Shown here piece after piece: positions 23,484 through 37,278 of a DNA stretch of 64,000 nucleotides. The DNA comes from Octopus sinensis (lineage: Eukaryota). The notes under the pieces were generated by a model. That model ran no database searches. It was not told the DNA's origin and saw nothing but the letters and a program-made list of their open reading frames with translations. How positions within the stretch are numbered: the stretch's first letter is position 1; every line of letters begins with the position of its first letter. The stretch lies in contig NC_043006.1 of NCBI RefSeq assembly GCF_006345805.1, positions 31,310,001 through 31,374,000 of the forward strand, written 5' to 3'. Made by a program: the position numbers and the translations under genes.

Positions 23484-26480
23484 TACGACGGGCTTCTTTC
23501 AGTTTCCGTCTACCAAATCCACTCACAAGGCTATAGTAGAAGACACTTGCCCAAGGTGCCACGCAGTGGGACTGAACCCGGAACCATGTGGTTCGTAAGC
23601 AGGCTACTTACCACACAGCCACTCCTACTCTTTATGAAGCAAAATGTTCAGATGAAGATCATCTTGTCGAAAGGGCCACAGGTTTCACATTATTCTGGGT
23701 TGGGAAACCGAAAGGAGAAAAAGAGAAGGTGGTGTTTGGTTTACAATTAGAAGTGATTCGCTAAAAGTCCTAGGATAACCACAAAGCATAAACAAACGCA
23801 TGATGGAACTCCGGATCCCACTTTCTTGTAGACGTTTTGTAAATGTTTTCTTTATATAAGCTACACTTAAAACTAGCGAAGAAAATACCCACGCATTTCA
23901 TGAGGATCTGAGAAGAAGTATTCTGTCAGTCTCTTTGAATGAGAAGTTGGTTGTGCTTGGTGACTTTAATGCACGTGTTGGTAGAGACTATGGTGCTTGG
24001 AATGTACTTGGGCATTACGGAATGGGAAAGGTGAACAACAATGGGTTGCATCTGCTACAAATGTGCTCTGAGCTAAGGTTGGTTGTTGGGAATACTTCCT
24101 TTCATCATAAGTTGAAGCATAAAGTTACCTGGATTCACTCAAGATCAGTGCAAGGTCACATGATTGATTTTGCATTCACTCGGAAAGATTTGTGCAGTCT
24201 CAGGGTATTGCGAGGTGTTGATTGTGATATTAATCACAAAATGGTTAGGACTGAGTTCAAGTTCAGGGTTTGTAAGAAGCTTAAAGACACTTGGTGAAGA
24301 AACTTGTCTGAGGAAGTACAGGCGGCCTGTTACAAGAAAGACATTAAAACGTTTTATAATTTATAATTATATGTCTCCTTGAAGTTAAAAGATGGGAATG
24401 AGGTTATTAAAGATCATCCTGGAGTAATGAATAGATAGAGATAACACTTTGCAGATCTTTTCCACACTCCTTCTGTAGTGAACATGGACATCATAAACAA
24501 CATTCCGTAAAGAGAGATAGAGCAACACATGAGCGATACACCTTCCATTGAAAAAGTAAACCTGCTATTCGATGAACTGAGATCAGGTAAAGCTCCTGGA
24601 TGGAATGGTATTTCAGTTGAAATTCGGAAAGCAGGTGAGGATCATATTTCATCTGAAATTCATAGACTGATAACTCGTGTTTGGAATTAATCTTCTGTGT
24701 CACAGGGATGGATAAACGGCATTCTAATTTCTATATACAAGGGTAAGGGCCCAAAAGCAGTGTGTGGAAATTCTAGAGGGATAACTCTTCTGGCACATAC
24801 CGGAAGATACTTTCACGAATCATGTTAGATCGTCTCGTTGAGAATGTGTGTCCACATGTGATTCCTGAAGAACAGTGTGGTTTCAAACATGAGCGAGGAA
24901 CAATGGGCATGATATGTTCTGTGAGGCAGGTTCGGGAGAAATGCTTAGAAGAAGAAATTCCACTATACAAGGTCTTTATAGGTTTAACTAAAGCATTTGA
25001 CACGCATTTAACTAAAGATTTAACTAAAACGTTTGATTTGTGTAAACTTGGTTGCCCAGCACATTTTGTGAGCATCTTTAAGGAATTACACAGAAACATG
25101 TAAGTTCAGGTAGTCTTTAATGGTGAGCTACCTCATGAATTTTTGGTGGACGACGGTGTCAAACAGGGAGATATTCCTGTCCCTACACTTTTCTCTTTTA
25201 ATTTTGCTGCATTGCTTTGGTATGCTTTCAAGGATTGCAACAGGGGAATCGGAATCAGATTTCGGACATCTGGTCGTATTTTTAATCTGACCCGGTTTAA
25301 CTGCAAAGCAAAGACTTTCAAAATACTTGTTAGAGAATTACTTTATGCTGATGAAGCTGATTTGTTGGCACACTCAGAGGAAAATAGGCACCATATAATG
25401 GACTGATTTTCTGACTCACAATTAGTATGGGGAAAATGAAAGTAATGTTTACTCGCGCGCCAGGACAAACATTCTGAACCAAACATTTTTGTGAATGGAA
25501 CAAAGTTAGAAGTTATTGACACCTTTGTTTACCTTGGAAGCATACTGTCAAGAGATGGTGGTCTTGATGCAGAGATAAGCTATCGAATAGGGAAGGGAAG
25601 TGTTGCATTTTGGAAAGCTCAAAAAGCGAGTGTGGGCAGATAGAGGTATTTCCCTGCAGACAAAGATCAGTGTCTATAAAACGTGTGTATTGACTGCACT
25701 TCTTTATTCGAGTGAGATGTGGACCACTTACAGGCGTCATTTGAAAATGCTGGAGAGATTTCATCAAAGGTGCCTCAGACATATCTTGGGAGTCAAGTGG
25801 GTATGTTTCACACCAGATACAGAAGTTTTGAGCTTGGCACATTGTATCTTGGCTCAAATGAGATGGGCTGGAGATGTTATTAGAACGAACGATGAGCGAT
25901 TGCCAAAACGTCTTTTTTTATATAGTGAGCTCAACTCTGGTAAGTAACCACAACATAAGCCGAGGAAATGGTATAAAAACTGTGTGAAGGAAAACCTGAA
26001 GAAACTAGATATGAACAAAAGTGATTGGGAAACTGATGCTCTCGATTGGAACAAGTGGAGAGGTGTTTTAAGGACTGGCTGCAATGCCTGGGAGGAAAAA
26101 ATGATTCAGCACTCTGAATTTAAAAGGGCCTGTTGCAAAGAAACAATTGGAACTGAAATCAACAGTGAATATTGGATATATATTATGTGTGATCGTGTTC
26201 TGTTGTCGAAAGCAGGATACGTGAATCATGTAAAGTCACATGAAAATCGAAATGCCCAGAGACAGGTTATAATCTTGAACATCAACTGCCTCTTACGACT
26301 TGTGTTGTGTGTCACAAAACTTGTAAGACAATATCTGGACTTAAAAGATATATGCTAGTTCACAAAAACATTCGTTCAGAATCAAATTCCAAACGGTGAA
26401 GAAACTTGAATAATATTTGTCACTTGTGTTTTAAACCCTGTCAGTCTTAAAAGTCATTTAAGGGCTCATCAATGGAGTGA
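22340..26480 (+). mobile_element. Near full-length, decayed RTE-BovB-like LINE (5'UTR, APE, RT, C-terminal C2H2-like fingers)
   Basis: MRTLLGQADRPERRTAFV, VVLGDFNARVG, SRGITLL, PEEQCGF, GVKQGD, LLYADEADL, LLYSSEMWT, RLPKRLF, CDRVLLSKAGYVNHVKSH; many stops and frameshifts. Confidence 0.9.
23195..23627 (-). mobile_element. Intact tRNA-derived SINE inserted into the RTE endonuclease region
   Basis: Head GGAGTGGCTGTGTGGTAAGTAGC...GGTTCAGTCCCA, CORE-like CCTTGGGCAAGTGTCTT, GAGTAAAA tail repeats. Confidence 0.9.
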
Positions 26481-26553
26481 TTGTGCTGTCTGATGGGGTG
26501 TGGTGTGTGTGTTGATGGGACTTCTATCATCTGTCAAGATGAAGCAATCATCA

Positions 26554-26584
<31 letters not shown>

Positions 26585-26629
26585 TGTGTGTGTGTGTGGT
26601 GTGTATACATATGTGTGTGTGTGTGTCAT

Positions 26630-26830
26630 TGTGTATGTGTTTGTCCCCCACCACCGCTTCACAACCGATGTTGTACATGTCCCCATAAGCTAGCGGTCCG
26701 ACAAAGACACCGATAAAATAAGTAGCAGTGGTACCTTCGTGGTTGTACCCCATCTACCAAATCTACTCACAAAGTTTTGGTCGGCCCATGGTAATAATAG
26801 AAGACACTTGCCCGAGATGACGTGCAGTGG
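26630..26830 (-). mobile_element. Decayed, internally deleted SINE remnant
   Basis: ctaccaaatctactcacaaagttttggtcggccc...gaagacacttgccc. Confidence 0.6.
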
Positions 26831-27990
26831 TCAGAGTAAATGACCACCTGTGGAAGTCGTACAGTATTATGCGATCGGACAGTCAAGGATGCCTCTGTTC
26901 CCGTTTCTGTACGTACTGATTCTAGAGCCACTACCACAGAAGTTAGAGGTTTCAAAGGGCATCCCGTGAGAATTAAGATGCAGAAGATTCGCGTTTGCAT
27001 ATGCAGAAGACGTCAGTGTAACAGCATCGGACACGAAATACATGGAGATGATGGGAACTACTCTAAAGAAATATGTGGCAGTGACAGGAGCAAAACTGAA
27101 CTAGAAGTCGTTGGGCCAGCAGCAGATCCATGCGGTCCAACAGTGTCGTTGGGTGCCGGATGGAGGGATCGGTCAAATTGTTTAGGATTTCAATTGGTCC
27201 AGACCTCCAGGTCTGGGAAGAGAAAACCCGCAGGGGAACTACTCTCATCCAGAAGTGGGCTGAGAGGAAACTTTTCTGAAATAATCGATCGGCGGTGGCG
27301 AATGTTTACATCGCATTCGTTATCTACTACCGCCTATCTATCGTGCTTTTCCCCGGTTCGTGTCTCATCAGAATTGAGCGCTTGCTTTTCCGCTTTGTGG
27401 GGGGGAGACGTATCCCACTAACGAGGCTGTCCATTTGGTGTCAGTACTGCAGCGTGGAGGACTGGACATGCCATGGTTAATGATGCGCAGACATGTGCTG
27501 AGGTTACGATATCTCCAGCTTTTCCTTGACAGTGAGCAGGTTTGGTTATCGTTTGTCAGACAGAGCTGCAGCACTAGACCGAGCGAAGACCATAGTTGGG
27601 TAACTGGCACCTTGAGTATCGTCAGTCGCTCATAGCCCTCTGCCAGTCTGACCTTGCAGTCAGAGGATGCTCCATAATGATTGGCGGCGGGTAAGGACGA
27701 CAACCTCCTCGGGACTACTGGCGGTCGATGAAAATCACTTGACTTGCGGGCCAGGGTCGTTGTATAATTTCCAGAGAGGCATGATACTCCTGGTGAGTAG
27801 GATGGCTCGGAATCCATGGTATATTTTGATTGCTCCGAAGTGGGAAGGGTGTTTTCATCTTATCGGGGGAATGAGGTTAATTTTATTGTTAATTATTATT
27901 GTTTTTATTGTGTACTCGGTTTTATGTAAATCCCTACAGTCCTTTGTCATTATATTGTCCTAAATGGTTTCGTGGCACATGTGGGTGATA
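26830..27990 (+). mobile_element. Decayed L1/Tx1-like LINE fragment (RT to 3'UTR, internal deletion), followed by (ATT)n
   Basis: QGCLFPFLYVLILEPL, AYAEDV and GGLDMPWLMMRRHVLRLRYL; homologous to 62557-63796. Confidence 0.8.
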
Positions 27991-27998
27991 AAGATAGA

Positions 27999-28047
<49 letters not shown>

Positions 28048-28061
28048 TATTATTATTATTG

Positions 28062-28270
28062 GAAGGCGGCGAGCTGGTAGAATCGTTAGCACGCCGGGCG
28101 AAATGCCGCTAAGCATTTCGCCCGTTTTTACGTTTTGAGTTCAAATTTCGCCGAGGTTGATTTTGCATTTCATTCTTCTGGCATCGATGATTAAATAGGA
28201 ACCAGTTGAACACTGGAGTCAATGGATCGACTTACGCTCTCCTCCGAAATTGCTGGCCTTGTGCCAAAAT
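28062..28270 (+). mobile_element. tRNA-derived SINE with Meta/Inv-type central domain
   Basis: aggcggcgagctggtagaatcgttagc head, gagttcaaat B-box, gaggttgattttgcatttcattc domain. Confidence 0.75.
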
Positions 28271-28808
28271 TTGAAATCAATATTATAGAGCAGTGTCCGT
28301 GTAGGGATGTGGACAGGAGAGTTTTTGCCACCTTCTGCTGGACTGTTGCAATAAAACAGACGAGAGAAAGGTAAGGCCGCAAAGCATCTAAAATAAAATA
28401 AATCGGTTGACATAGAATAAAGAAGAGAATTTCCTGGAGAGTCTCAGACTATTGAATTGCGTCGGTTGGCAGAGAGATTTGGTAAGCTTAAGACAGGATT
28501 ATAATGTCATCGCTTCTTTGAATATAGCTCAGAAGAAAGAGAAGGGAAAAGATAGGGAAGAGAGAGAGAGAGAGAGGAAAAGAGACGTGTTTGTAGTACT
28601 TACCATTAAAAATGATTAATGAAGTAAGCATTATTATATCCCACCCCCACGCTACAGCTACCTATATATTTACTTCTGCTGCACAAATTCGAACATATAC
28701 TTAGACACAGACAGACACGAGCGCATGTACATACATACATACATACATACATACATACATACATACATACATAATACATACATACATACATACATACATA
28801 CTTACATA

Positions 28809-29050
28809 CCCGTAACTATTGGGACCCAGGGATATGTAGCACACTGTTTAGATACCAATCTTGAGAAATTAGGCTTCTCAAAACCAGGAAGGAGAAAGCT
28901 AATTCGAAGACTACAGATCCAATCTATCGCTGGAACAGTGAAGATCTGTAAAACTTTCCAGAAGTTTATCATTTAAATATATATGAGCATGTCTAGATAT
29001 GCAACTGTATGCATGAGAATATATAAAACATACAAATATGCACATATATA
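28809..29050 (+). mobile_element. 3' end of an RLE-type non-LTR retrotransposon embedded in (TACA)n
   Basis: IPVTIGTQGYVAHCLDTNLEKLG...LIRRLQIQSIAGTVKICKTF* resembles RLE-clade C-termini; (TACA)n on both sides. Confidence 0.6.
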
Positions 29051-29374
29051 CATACATTCATTCATACATACATACATACATACATACATACATACATACA
29101 TACATACATACATACATACATACATACATACAAACAAAAATACCCTCTTGCTGATGTTGAAATTCCAATGAAGGGGTATTAGATCTAGCATTGAAACTAG
29201 TTCTTTTTCTATTGACAAGAAATATTGAAATAAAACTGAATAATGACATACATACACATACATACATACATACATACATACATACTACATACATACATAC
29301 ATGTAAGTATTACATAGATATATACATACATATGTGACATAATGTATAATTTAATATAATATAAAAAATAGGAA

Positions 29375-29700
29375 AGGACCACTCCGTCGGTTACGACGAC
29401 GAGGGTCCCAGGTGATACGATCAAAAGAACAGCTTACTCGTGAAATTAATGTACAAGTGGCTGAGTGCTCCACAGACACGTGTACCCTTAATGTAGTTCT
29501 CAGGGAGATTCAGCGTGACACAAAGTGTGACAAGGCCAGCCCTTTGAAATACAGGTACAACTCATTTTTGCCAGCTGAGTGGACTGGAACAATGTGAAAT
29601 AAAGTGTCTTGCTCAAGGACACAACGCGTCGTCAGGAATTGAACTCACAACCTTACGATCGTGGGCCGAATGCACGTACCACGAAGCCACAAGCCTTCAC
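29375..29700 (-). mobile_element. tRNA-derived CORE-type SINE
   Basis: Minus strand GTGAGTTCAATTCC B-box and GTGTCCTTGAGCAAGACACTTTATTTCAC CORE-like segment. Confidence 0.85.
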
Positions 29701-29714
29701 TATATAATATAAAG

Positions 29715-31625
29715 CTATAAGGCAACAAGCTGGCAGAATCGTTAGCAATCCGGGAAAATGTTCGCAGCATTTCTTCCGCCTATACGTTTTGAGTTCAAAT
29801 TCTGCCCAGGTCGACTTTGCTTTTCATCTTTTCGGGATCGATAAAGTAAGTACCAGTTGAGCCCTGGGGTCGATGTGATCGACTTCCTCCTCCCCAAAAT
29901 CCCAAGCCTTGTACCTATAGTAGAAAGGATCATCATCATCATTACACAAGTTCAACGCGTCAGTTCTGCATAAGAGAATTGTGCTGCAGCGACAGTGAAG
30001 CTTCTCCTTGTGCGATTCTGTTCAGGTGGAGACTACTTTGCTCCCTCACACCTCTCTCAACTACATTGCACCGAACGGATGATATGCAACGGCAACATAA
30101 TAAGAATGCACCGTATAGCTTTGTTTCTTTATAAGAACAGAGAAAGAAAACTTTACCAAATTTTAACACAAGGCCAGCAATTTTGGAGGAGGGGATAAGT
30201 CGATTACATCGCACCCCCCCCACCCCCAGTACTTATTTTATCGACCCCGAAAGGATGAAAGGCTAAGTCGAGCTCGGTGGAATTTGAACTCAGAGTGTAA
30301 AGACGGACCAGATGCCGTTAAGCATTTTGTCCGGCGTTTGTCCGACGTGCTAACCATTTTGTCTGGTCACCGCCTGATATCCTTTTCTAACAATATTAAC
30401 GAAAACAATGGAAGTAAATTTGTTGAAAATGTATTCAACTGTCTTTAACACCTTGTCATCGAAACAGTTTACCATCGCAGCACATTCCGTGTAATATATT
30501 GCTTTCAAGTTTTAGCACAAGGCCAGCAATTTTGGGGGAGAGGAGAAGTCGATTATATCGACCCCAATTGCTAAAGTGGTACTTATTTTTTTTTCTTTTC
30601 TACTCTAGGCACAAGGCCCGAAATTTTGGGGGAAGGGTGGTAGTCGATTAGATCGCCCCCAATACGCAATTGGTACTTATTTTATCGACACCGAAAGGAT
30701 GAAAGGCAAAGTTGACTTCGGCGGAATTTGAACTCAGAACGTAGCGGCAGACGAAATACCCATTTCTTTACTACCCACAAGGGGCTAAATACAAATGGGA
30801 CAAACAAGGACAGACAAACGGATTAAGTCGATTACATCGACCCCAGTGCGTAACTGGTACTTAATTTATCGACCTCGAAAGGATGAAAGGCAAAGTCGAC
30901 CTCGGCGGAATTTGAACTCAGAACATAAAGACAGACGAAATACCTATTTCTTTACTACCCACAAGGGGCTAAACACAGAGAGGACAAACAAGGACAGACC
31001 AATTGATTAAGTCGATTACATCGACATCGGTGCGTAACTGGTACTTAATTTATCGACCTCGAAAGGATGAAAGGCAAAGTCGACCTCGGCGGAATTTGAA
31101 CTCAGAACGTAACGGCAGACGAAATACCTATTTCTTTACTACCCACAAGGGGCTAAATACAGAAGGGATAAACAAGGACAGACAAACGGATTAAGTCGAT
31201 TACATCGACCCCAGTGCGTAACTGGTACTTAATTTATCGCCCTGGAAAGGATGAAAGGCAAAGTCGACCTCGGCGGAATTTGAACTCAGAACGTAACGGC
31301 AGACGAAATACGGCTACGCATTTCGCCCGGCGTGCTAACGTTTCTGCCAACTCGCTGTTGCCTTAATAATAGAAATAATAAAAATGGTTTCAAACTTTTG
31401 GCAGAAGACCACCAATTTGGTGGAGGGATGGGTGGGAGAACGCGATTACATCGACCCAGAGTGTTCAACCTGTACCTATTTTGTCGACCCCCGTGTTCAA
31501 CTGGTACTTATCGATCTCGAAAGGATGAAAGGCAAAGTCGATCCTCGATGGCATTTGAACGTAAAAAGCGGACGAAAAGCCGTCGAGCATTTTATCCGCC
31601 ATGCCGACTATTTTGCCAGCTCGCT
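29715..31625. mobile_element. Cluster of Meta-domain SINE copies, including a head-to-tail array of about 185-bp units (about 30640-31350, minus strand)
   Basis: Repeated gaaaggatgaaaggcaaagtcgacctcggcggaatttgaactcagaac; unit starts at about 30820, 31005 and 31189. Confidence 0.9.
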
Positions 31626-32996
31626 ACCTCCTCCCGTGTAGTATATTGCGTTTTTAGATAAATTCTTTCTTTTCAACCACCTCCATTTATCTTAACCCTT
31701 TCCAAAGTGTTTGAATTAATGCTAAAAATATTTTTCCCGTTGTGTTTGATGGGAGGTGGGGCTCGTAGCTCTGTATTTTCCTCGACAACTTTTTTTTATC
31801 GTTTAAGAAATTTTAATAAATTTCACCCCTTTTCAGACGTATGACGATGGGAAAAAACGAACGAAGATATCTGACAACCGAATATGTATTCGGAACATAA
31901 TACGCAGGCAGCGAGTGTAACATTAGACAGAATGCCATCAGCAATGGCTACATATCAAATAGGAATACCTTCAAAAGTTTGGGTTTTATCTTAAAGAAAG
32001 AGGAATGTTTGCTAAATATGCAACACATTAACAGACAACCAAACTTGTACGGGATCACTAGACCTGCTAGAAATAGAAGCCAAATTGCGCTGAAATCTTA
32101 CCACAGTGTTTTGAATAACGTAGGAAAGGTTAAATAATAGTTTTAGATAATATATTTCTTGTTATATCGTACATGAAACAAAAGGTTGGACTGTCACGAC
32201 TGGAATACCATTAATCATAAGACTGACCTGGGGCTAAACAACTTACATGATAGTAAAAGAGATTTTTCTCAGTAATATATTTTATTTTACATTCAATGGA
32301 TGTGCTTTTTTTTTTATCTTTTCGTTAAAATTTTATGGGTTTGAATATTTTAGAATAATTCATTTTGGCTGTTTTAAAATAAAATACTAAACTCACAAAA
32401 AAATGTTTTTGCTTAAATTCATGATTTCAGTAAATGAAATTATATTTTTTGTTGTTTTAAGTTTAGCGTCGTAGAGAAATCTTAGAAGTTCTTTAATTAA
32501 GGAAGAAACCCCCTTTAAATACATGCATACATGCATACATACATACATACACAAACATACACAAACATACATACACACATATACACACACATACATACAT
32601 ACATACATACATACATACATACATACATACATACATACATACATACATACATGCATGGATGCATACATGCATACATACATGCATACATACATACATACAT
32701 ACATACATACATGCATACATACATACATACGTACATACATACATACATACACACACACATACATACGAACATATATTTGCATGCATATATATATATGTGT
32801 ACATGTGTGTGTGTGTATATATATATATATTATATATATATGCGCGTGTGTGTATTATATATATATGTGTTGAGATATATATACATACATACATGTATGT
32901 ATGTATGTATGTATGTATGTATGTATGTATGTATGTATGTATGTATGCATGCATGCATGTATGTATGTATATATATATATATATATTATATATATA

Positions 32997-33050
<54 letters not shown>

Positions 33051-33374
33051 GTATGTATGATGTATGTATGTATGTATATATATATAGTATATGAACATAT
33101 ACCTGTAAATGGAGGATATATATTTCCTGGGTGAAAAAAAGACGCTTATATATTCTTTCATCACTCTGCGAAGTTTTCATTTTTTTTTTCTTTTTAAATA
33201 GAATAAATATTCTAAAGAAAATAATGTGGTCGCTCTGATTGTGTTCTTATAATTTTCCTTCGTTTAGCATTGTTCCTGGCAGAGTTGCAGTTTTTGCTTT
33301 AAAAAGATTTCCAAGTGGCTTCCCTTGTTCTGGTCGCCTCATCCTTCAACAGCGATGGTGCGTGAACAACTTGC

Positions 33375-34460
33375 GCTGACGCATGCGCACCAACTTAACT
33401 ATTGTTGAACGGAGGGAAATACAAACTTCTTTCCCGATTTTTCATAGAAAGATCTGAACTTAGCGAAAAGCTATATTGAATTAGCGTTAGTGCAGCTCTG
33501 TTTTTAGGCTTGCTTTCGCTCTTTTGCATTCATTATCAGACAAAAACTTATGAAAGCTTTACTGAAAAAAGAAATTTCTAAAACCATTTATGTATTTTTC
33601 TTTCATTTATTTTTTCTTTAGAAAAAAAAAAGCAGCAACTTTTTTTTCAGTCTTTCATTGTAAAAAAAAAAAAAAGGTGAAAAGAAGCGAGAAAGCCCGG
33701 TGTTGTAAACGAAAGAAACAAAATGCAAAGTGGCAAAGCTGCCAGTGTTTTCATGATAACTGGTGGTGTGGACAGTTTGTGTTCAGCTTGCAGCTGCCGT
33801 CTCAGGGCTGGCCACCTTGTGAACAAGAGACAATCTATAATTCTTGTACATTTGAAGCTAATTTTGACCCCTGCTCCACCTGGGCTTCTGGTTTGTTACG
33901 TGGGACACCAGCCGCCGAAGCTGAAAGGGTGTCTAAGTCCCCTTCACACTACCGGAACAGCCGTATGCTGTAATGAAACCAGGCTCTAAAACTGGCGGGA
34001 TGTTCTCCAACACAAATAGCTTTCCATTTGTTATCGCTTGTTTATATTGTATAAATGCTTCCCGACTCCTTTCATATTTTGCCAGTTGTTTACCATTTAT
34101 TCAAAGCTAACTTAATAGCACCAAAACATCTGCTTGCTAGTTTACTCAAACAAGCATTATAGAGGCGGGGAGCCTGTATGGTATATAACATTTGCTATTT
34201 TCATGTAAAACTGCAAAATAATTGAAAAATGACCACAATCTCTCCTTAATATCGGGTTGCTTTCGCTGCGCCATTGATTAATTGCTGACTTGAGTTTGCT
34301 GAGGGTGGTTTTTAATTTGTTTTCTAGTGTTTTGTTTCGCTTATATGCTACTCTTTATTTATTTTATTTATTTTTTTGGAATAATAGCAGATTTTTGCCC
34401 CTCTGTTGCCAGGTGAGGACACTTCTCTGCTGCTTTGACAGCCGTCTGACGAGGCGGTAA
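33375..34460 (+). promoter_or_regulatory. Possible promoter and non-coding first exon
   Basis: TGACGCATGCGC (CRE half-site/NRF1-like) at about 33377, GAGGCGGGG 34162-34170, TATATAA 34182-34188, donor GCG|GTAAGT at 34456. Motif-level evidence only. Confidence 0.25.
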
Positions 34461-34790
34461 GTTTTTTTTTCATCAACAAAGAGAATAGAGAGGGAAGAAT
34501 TAAGTAGCTAGAGAGAGAGAAAAATGTATGGTGTGTGTGTGAGTAGTTATTAGGCGGAGACCTATCCGTGGTGAAACAACGAAGCCGATGTGTTGCTAAA
34601 ATATATAAAAGGAAAACCTGTAGGAAAATTATGGCTAAAGAGGAAGAAAGGAGACTAAAAGAAAAGAAAGAATTGAATTCAGTTTCTCTTTATTTACTTC
34701 AATATTTGCTAGAATAGTTATTACTGTTGTTACTTTATACTTTTATGCCTAATACACACACACATAAATATGTATGTGTGTGTCTGTGTT

Positions 34791-34878
<88 letters not shown>

Positions 34879-35643
34879 TATATATATAATATATATATAT
34901 ATAATATATATATATATATATTTATATATGTGTGTGTGTGTTGCACTGACAGCTGAAAGAGTTATTCAACTTTTCTTTGCCCTCATCTCTTTAGCCTTTT
35001 CCATCAAATTAGTTTCTGTTCCTTGACGAAAAAAAAAAACTCCGAAGTTAATTTTAAACTTTACTGGGTTTTGTAATTGCGGGCAGAGAGTGTCTAAAAT
35101 GACTTTATAATTCCACAGATACAGACAAAAAGCTGTCAGCCTCCAGGATATCTTTTTTCATGATAATCGTTGGAACAGTTCGTTTTCGTTTGTCCTCACC
35201 AACCAGAATTATAAACATTTATATTAACTTTGAAAAACTATCCTAGTTCTAGTAATACTATACCATTTTGTATTTAGTGCTCTGTTAGCACTTTGTTTTC
35301 ATTTTGGCATGCCTCCTCTCCTCGGCTTCATTTGTTTTCCATTAATTTCTTACAAGCATTGGAGAATGTTCTGTTAACACACTGTTGCTGTTGTTACTGT
35401 GATTGATTATCTTAGAAGAGAGAGAAGTTGGATAGGGTAAGAGAGAGAGAGATAGAGAGAGAGAGAGGGAGAGAGGGAGAGAGAGAAAACTGGTGGAAAA
35501 TAAAACAAAAACGGGCTCGACTCCATCATATTTATCAACACTTTTCTCAGGGCTCCACTACTTTCTCTCCCTTTATTTCGTCTCGTTGTTGTCGCCCTTG
35601 TTTCAGATTTCATATTTACTTTTAATGTTTCCCTTTCTTTTGG

Positions 35644-35682
<39 letters not shown>

Positions 35683-36627
35683 CACACCACACACCACACA
35701 CACACACACACTGTACACCATGTCGAAGTTTTTTTTTTCCCAGATATACTTTTATGACTGCAAAATTGTATGGGGTAAAGAAAAAAAAAGGGAGAAGAAC
35801 AAACAAAAACAAAAATATTAGTGACAAAGAAAAAAAAATCAGGTGAAAAGGAAAAAGAAAAACACCACAAAATATAGACAAAAAAATGTCTTTCTCGGAA
35901 GCGCAACGAGTGGCGAAGAGAAAGAGGAAAAGTGTGTAAATAAATGGAGTAGGGTAGAGTTTGCTTTGGCAGCGAACTGGGGGTTGTTTTGTCTTTTATA
36001 TTTGCTGAACGAAGAAATAAACAACAAAAAAATGTTAAAAAATAATTACGTTGAGGTAATTTGGCATTTCCTTAGAATTGGACGCCGATTCTACTACAGC
36101 TTGTCTATATTCTTTACTCCAATTTAATTGTTTGCCTTGGCTGCCTCTCACACCCACAGCCCTCCTCCGCAACTGGTGCGCCGTCATTCGCCTCCAAGAA
36201 CGACAATCGCTTCCCATTTCCTATTTCCATGCTCCTCTTATTTACTTTTTTTTTTCCCCACTTTCATTTCTATAAACATTACATTCACCACCCACCCTTA
36301 CCCCACCACCACCAAATAAATATAAAATAAAATAAACAAACACTAAAGGAAGCAACAATAATAGATATTCTCAACTTTTATTATATTCTTTTGTTTTATA
36401 GCTGCAACTCTCATATTGATTCCTACAATTCTTTTCTCTTCGGACAAGAAATTTCCCTCCTAAATACAACACAGCAAATCTATTTTATTATTCACTGACA
36501 TATTTCTGTTTTATTCTGGTAACTTTCAATGTTCAGCCTTTGTTTCCGAGTTCTCCTTTATTTTCTGCTGTCCCTCTCTTCCCCTAGCACAGTCACCTAT
36601 ATACATACATTTATGTACATACATACA

Positions 36628-36663
<36 letters not shown>

Positions 36664-36727
36664 TATATAATAAATAATATATATATATATATATATGTAT
36701 ATATATGTATGTATATTTGTATATATA

Positions 36728-36801
<74 letters not shown>

Positions 36802-37086
36802 TATATAAAAGCTCTTATTATTTATTATTTCAGGTACAATACGTTGGCACAGAAATTATGCAAGAACATACTCTGTTCTTTTCTAAAAACTAAGCAAAAA
36901 AAAAACAAACAAACAAACAAACAAAAGCAGATGGAAATGTTTAAAATGTAGCTGGGTATGTAAGTTTGACAAAAAAAAACCCCTATCTGTAAAAGAAAGC
37001 CTTTCTTGATTTGATAAATTTAATTACTTCTTGTCTGTTGATTGAGTTGCCTTATTTTACTTGCGGCCAACTTTTACCATCGTTTT

Positions 37087-37119
<33 letters not shown>

Positions 37120-37278
37120 CATTCCCTATCCGGGCAGCTGTTGAACTGTTCACACCTTCTCCGTTCCATCCAGCCCGATATGCATCTATCAGATATTTAG
37201 AAAACTTTTCTCCCCCCTCTTCCTCCTGCTACTTCTCTTCCTCATACTTCCCCGCCACAACTTCGCTGTTTCCTGTCA

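Noticed and set aside
28276-28372. Plus-strand exon-like segment ending AAG|GTAAGG
   Set aside because: Lies next to a SINE tail, the signal is equally a pyrimidine tract on the other strand, and no recognisable peptide results.
29140-29245. CTGATGT...GAAAC motif
   Set aside because: Core and stems do not fit a hammerhead fold convincingly.
30640-31350. Regular repeat array reminiscent of CRISPR
   Set aside because: Units are near-identical full SINE bodies without unique spacers, in a eukaryotic context with no cas genes.
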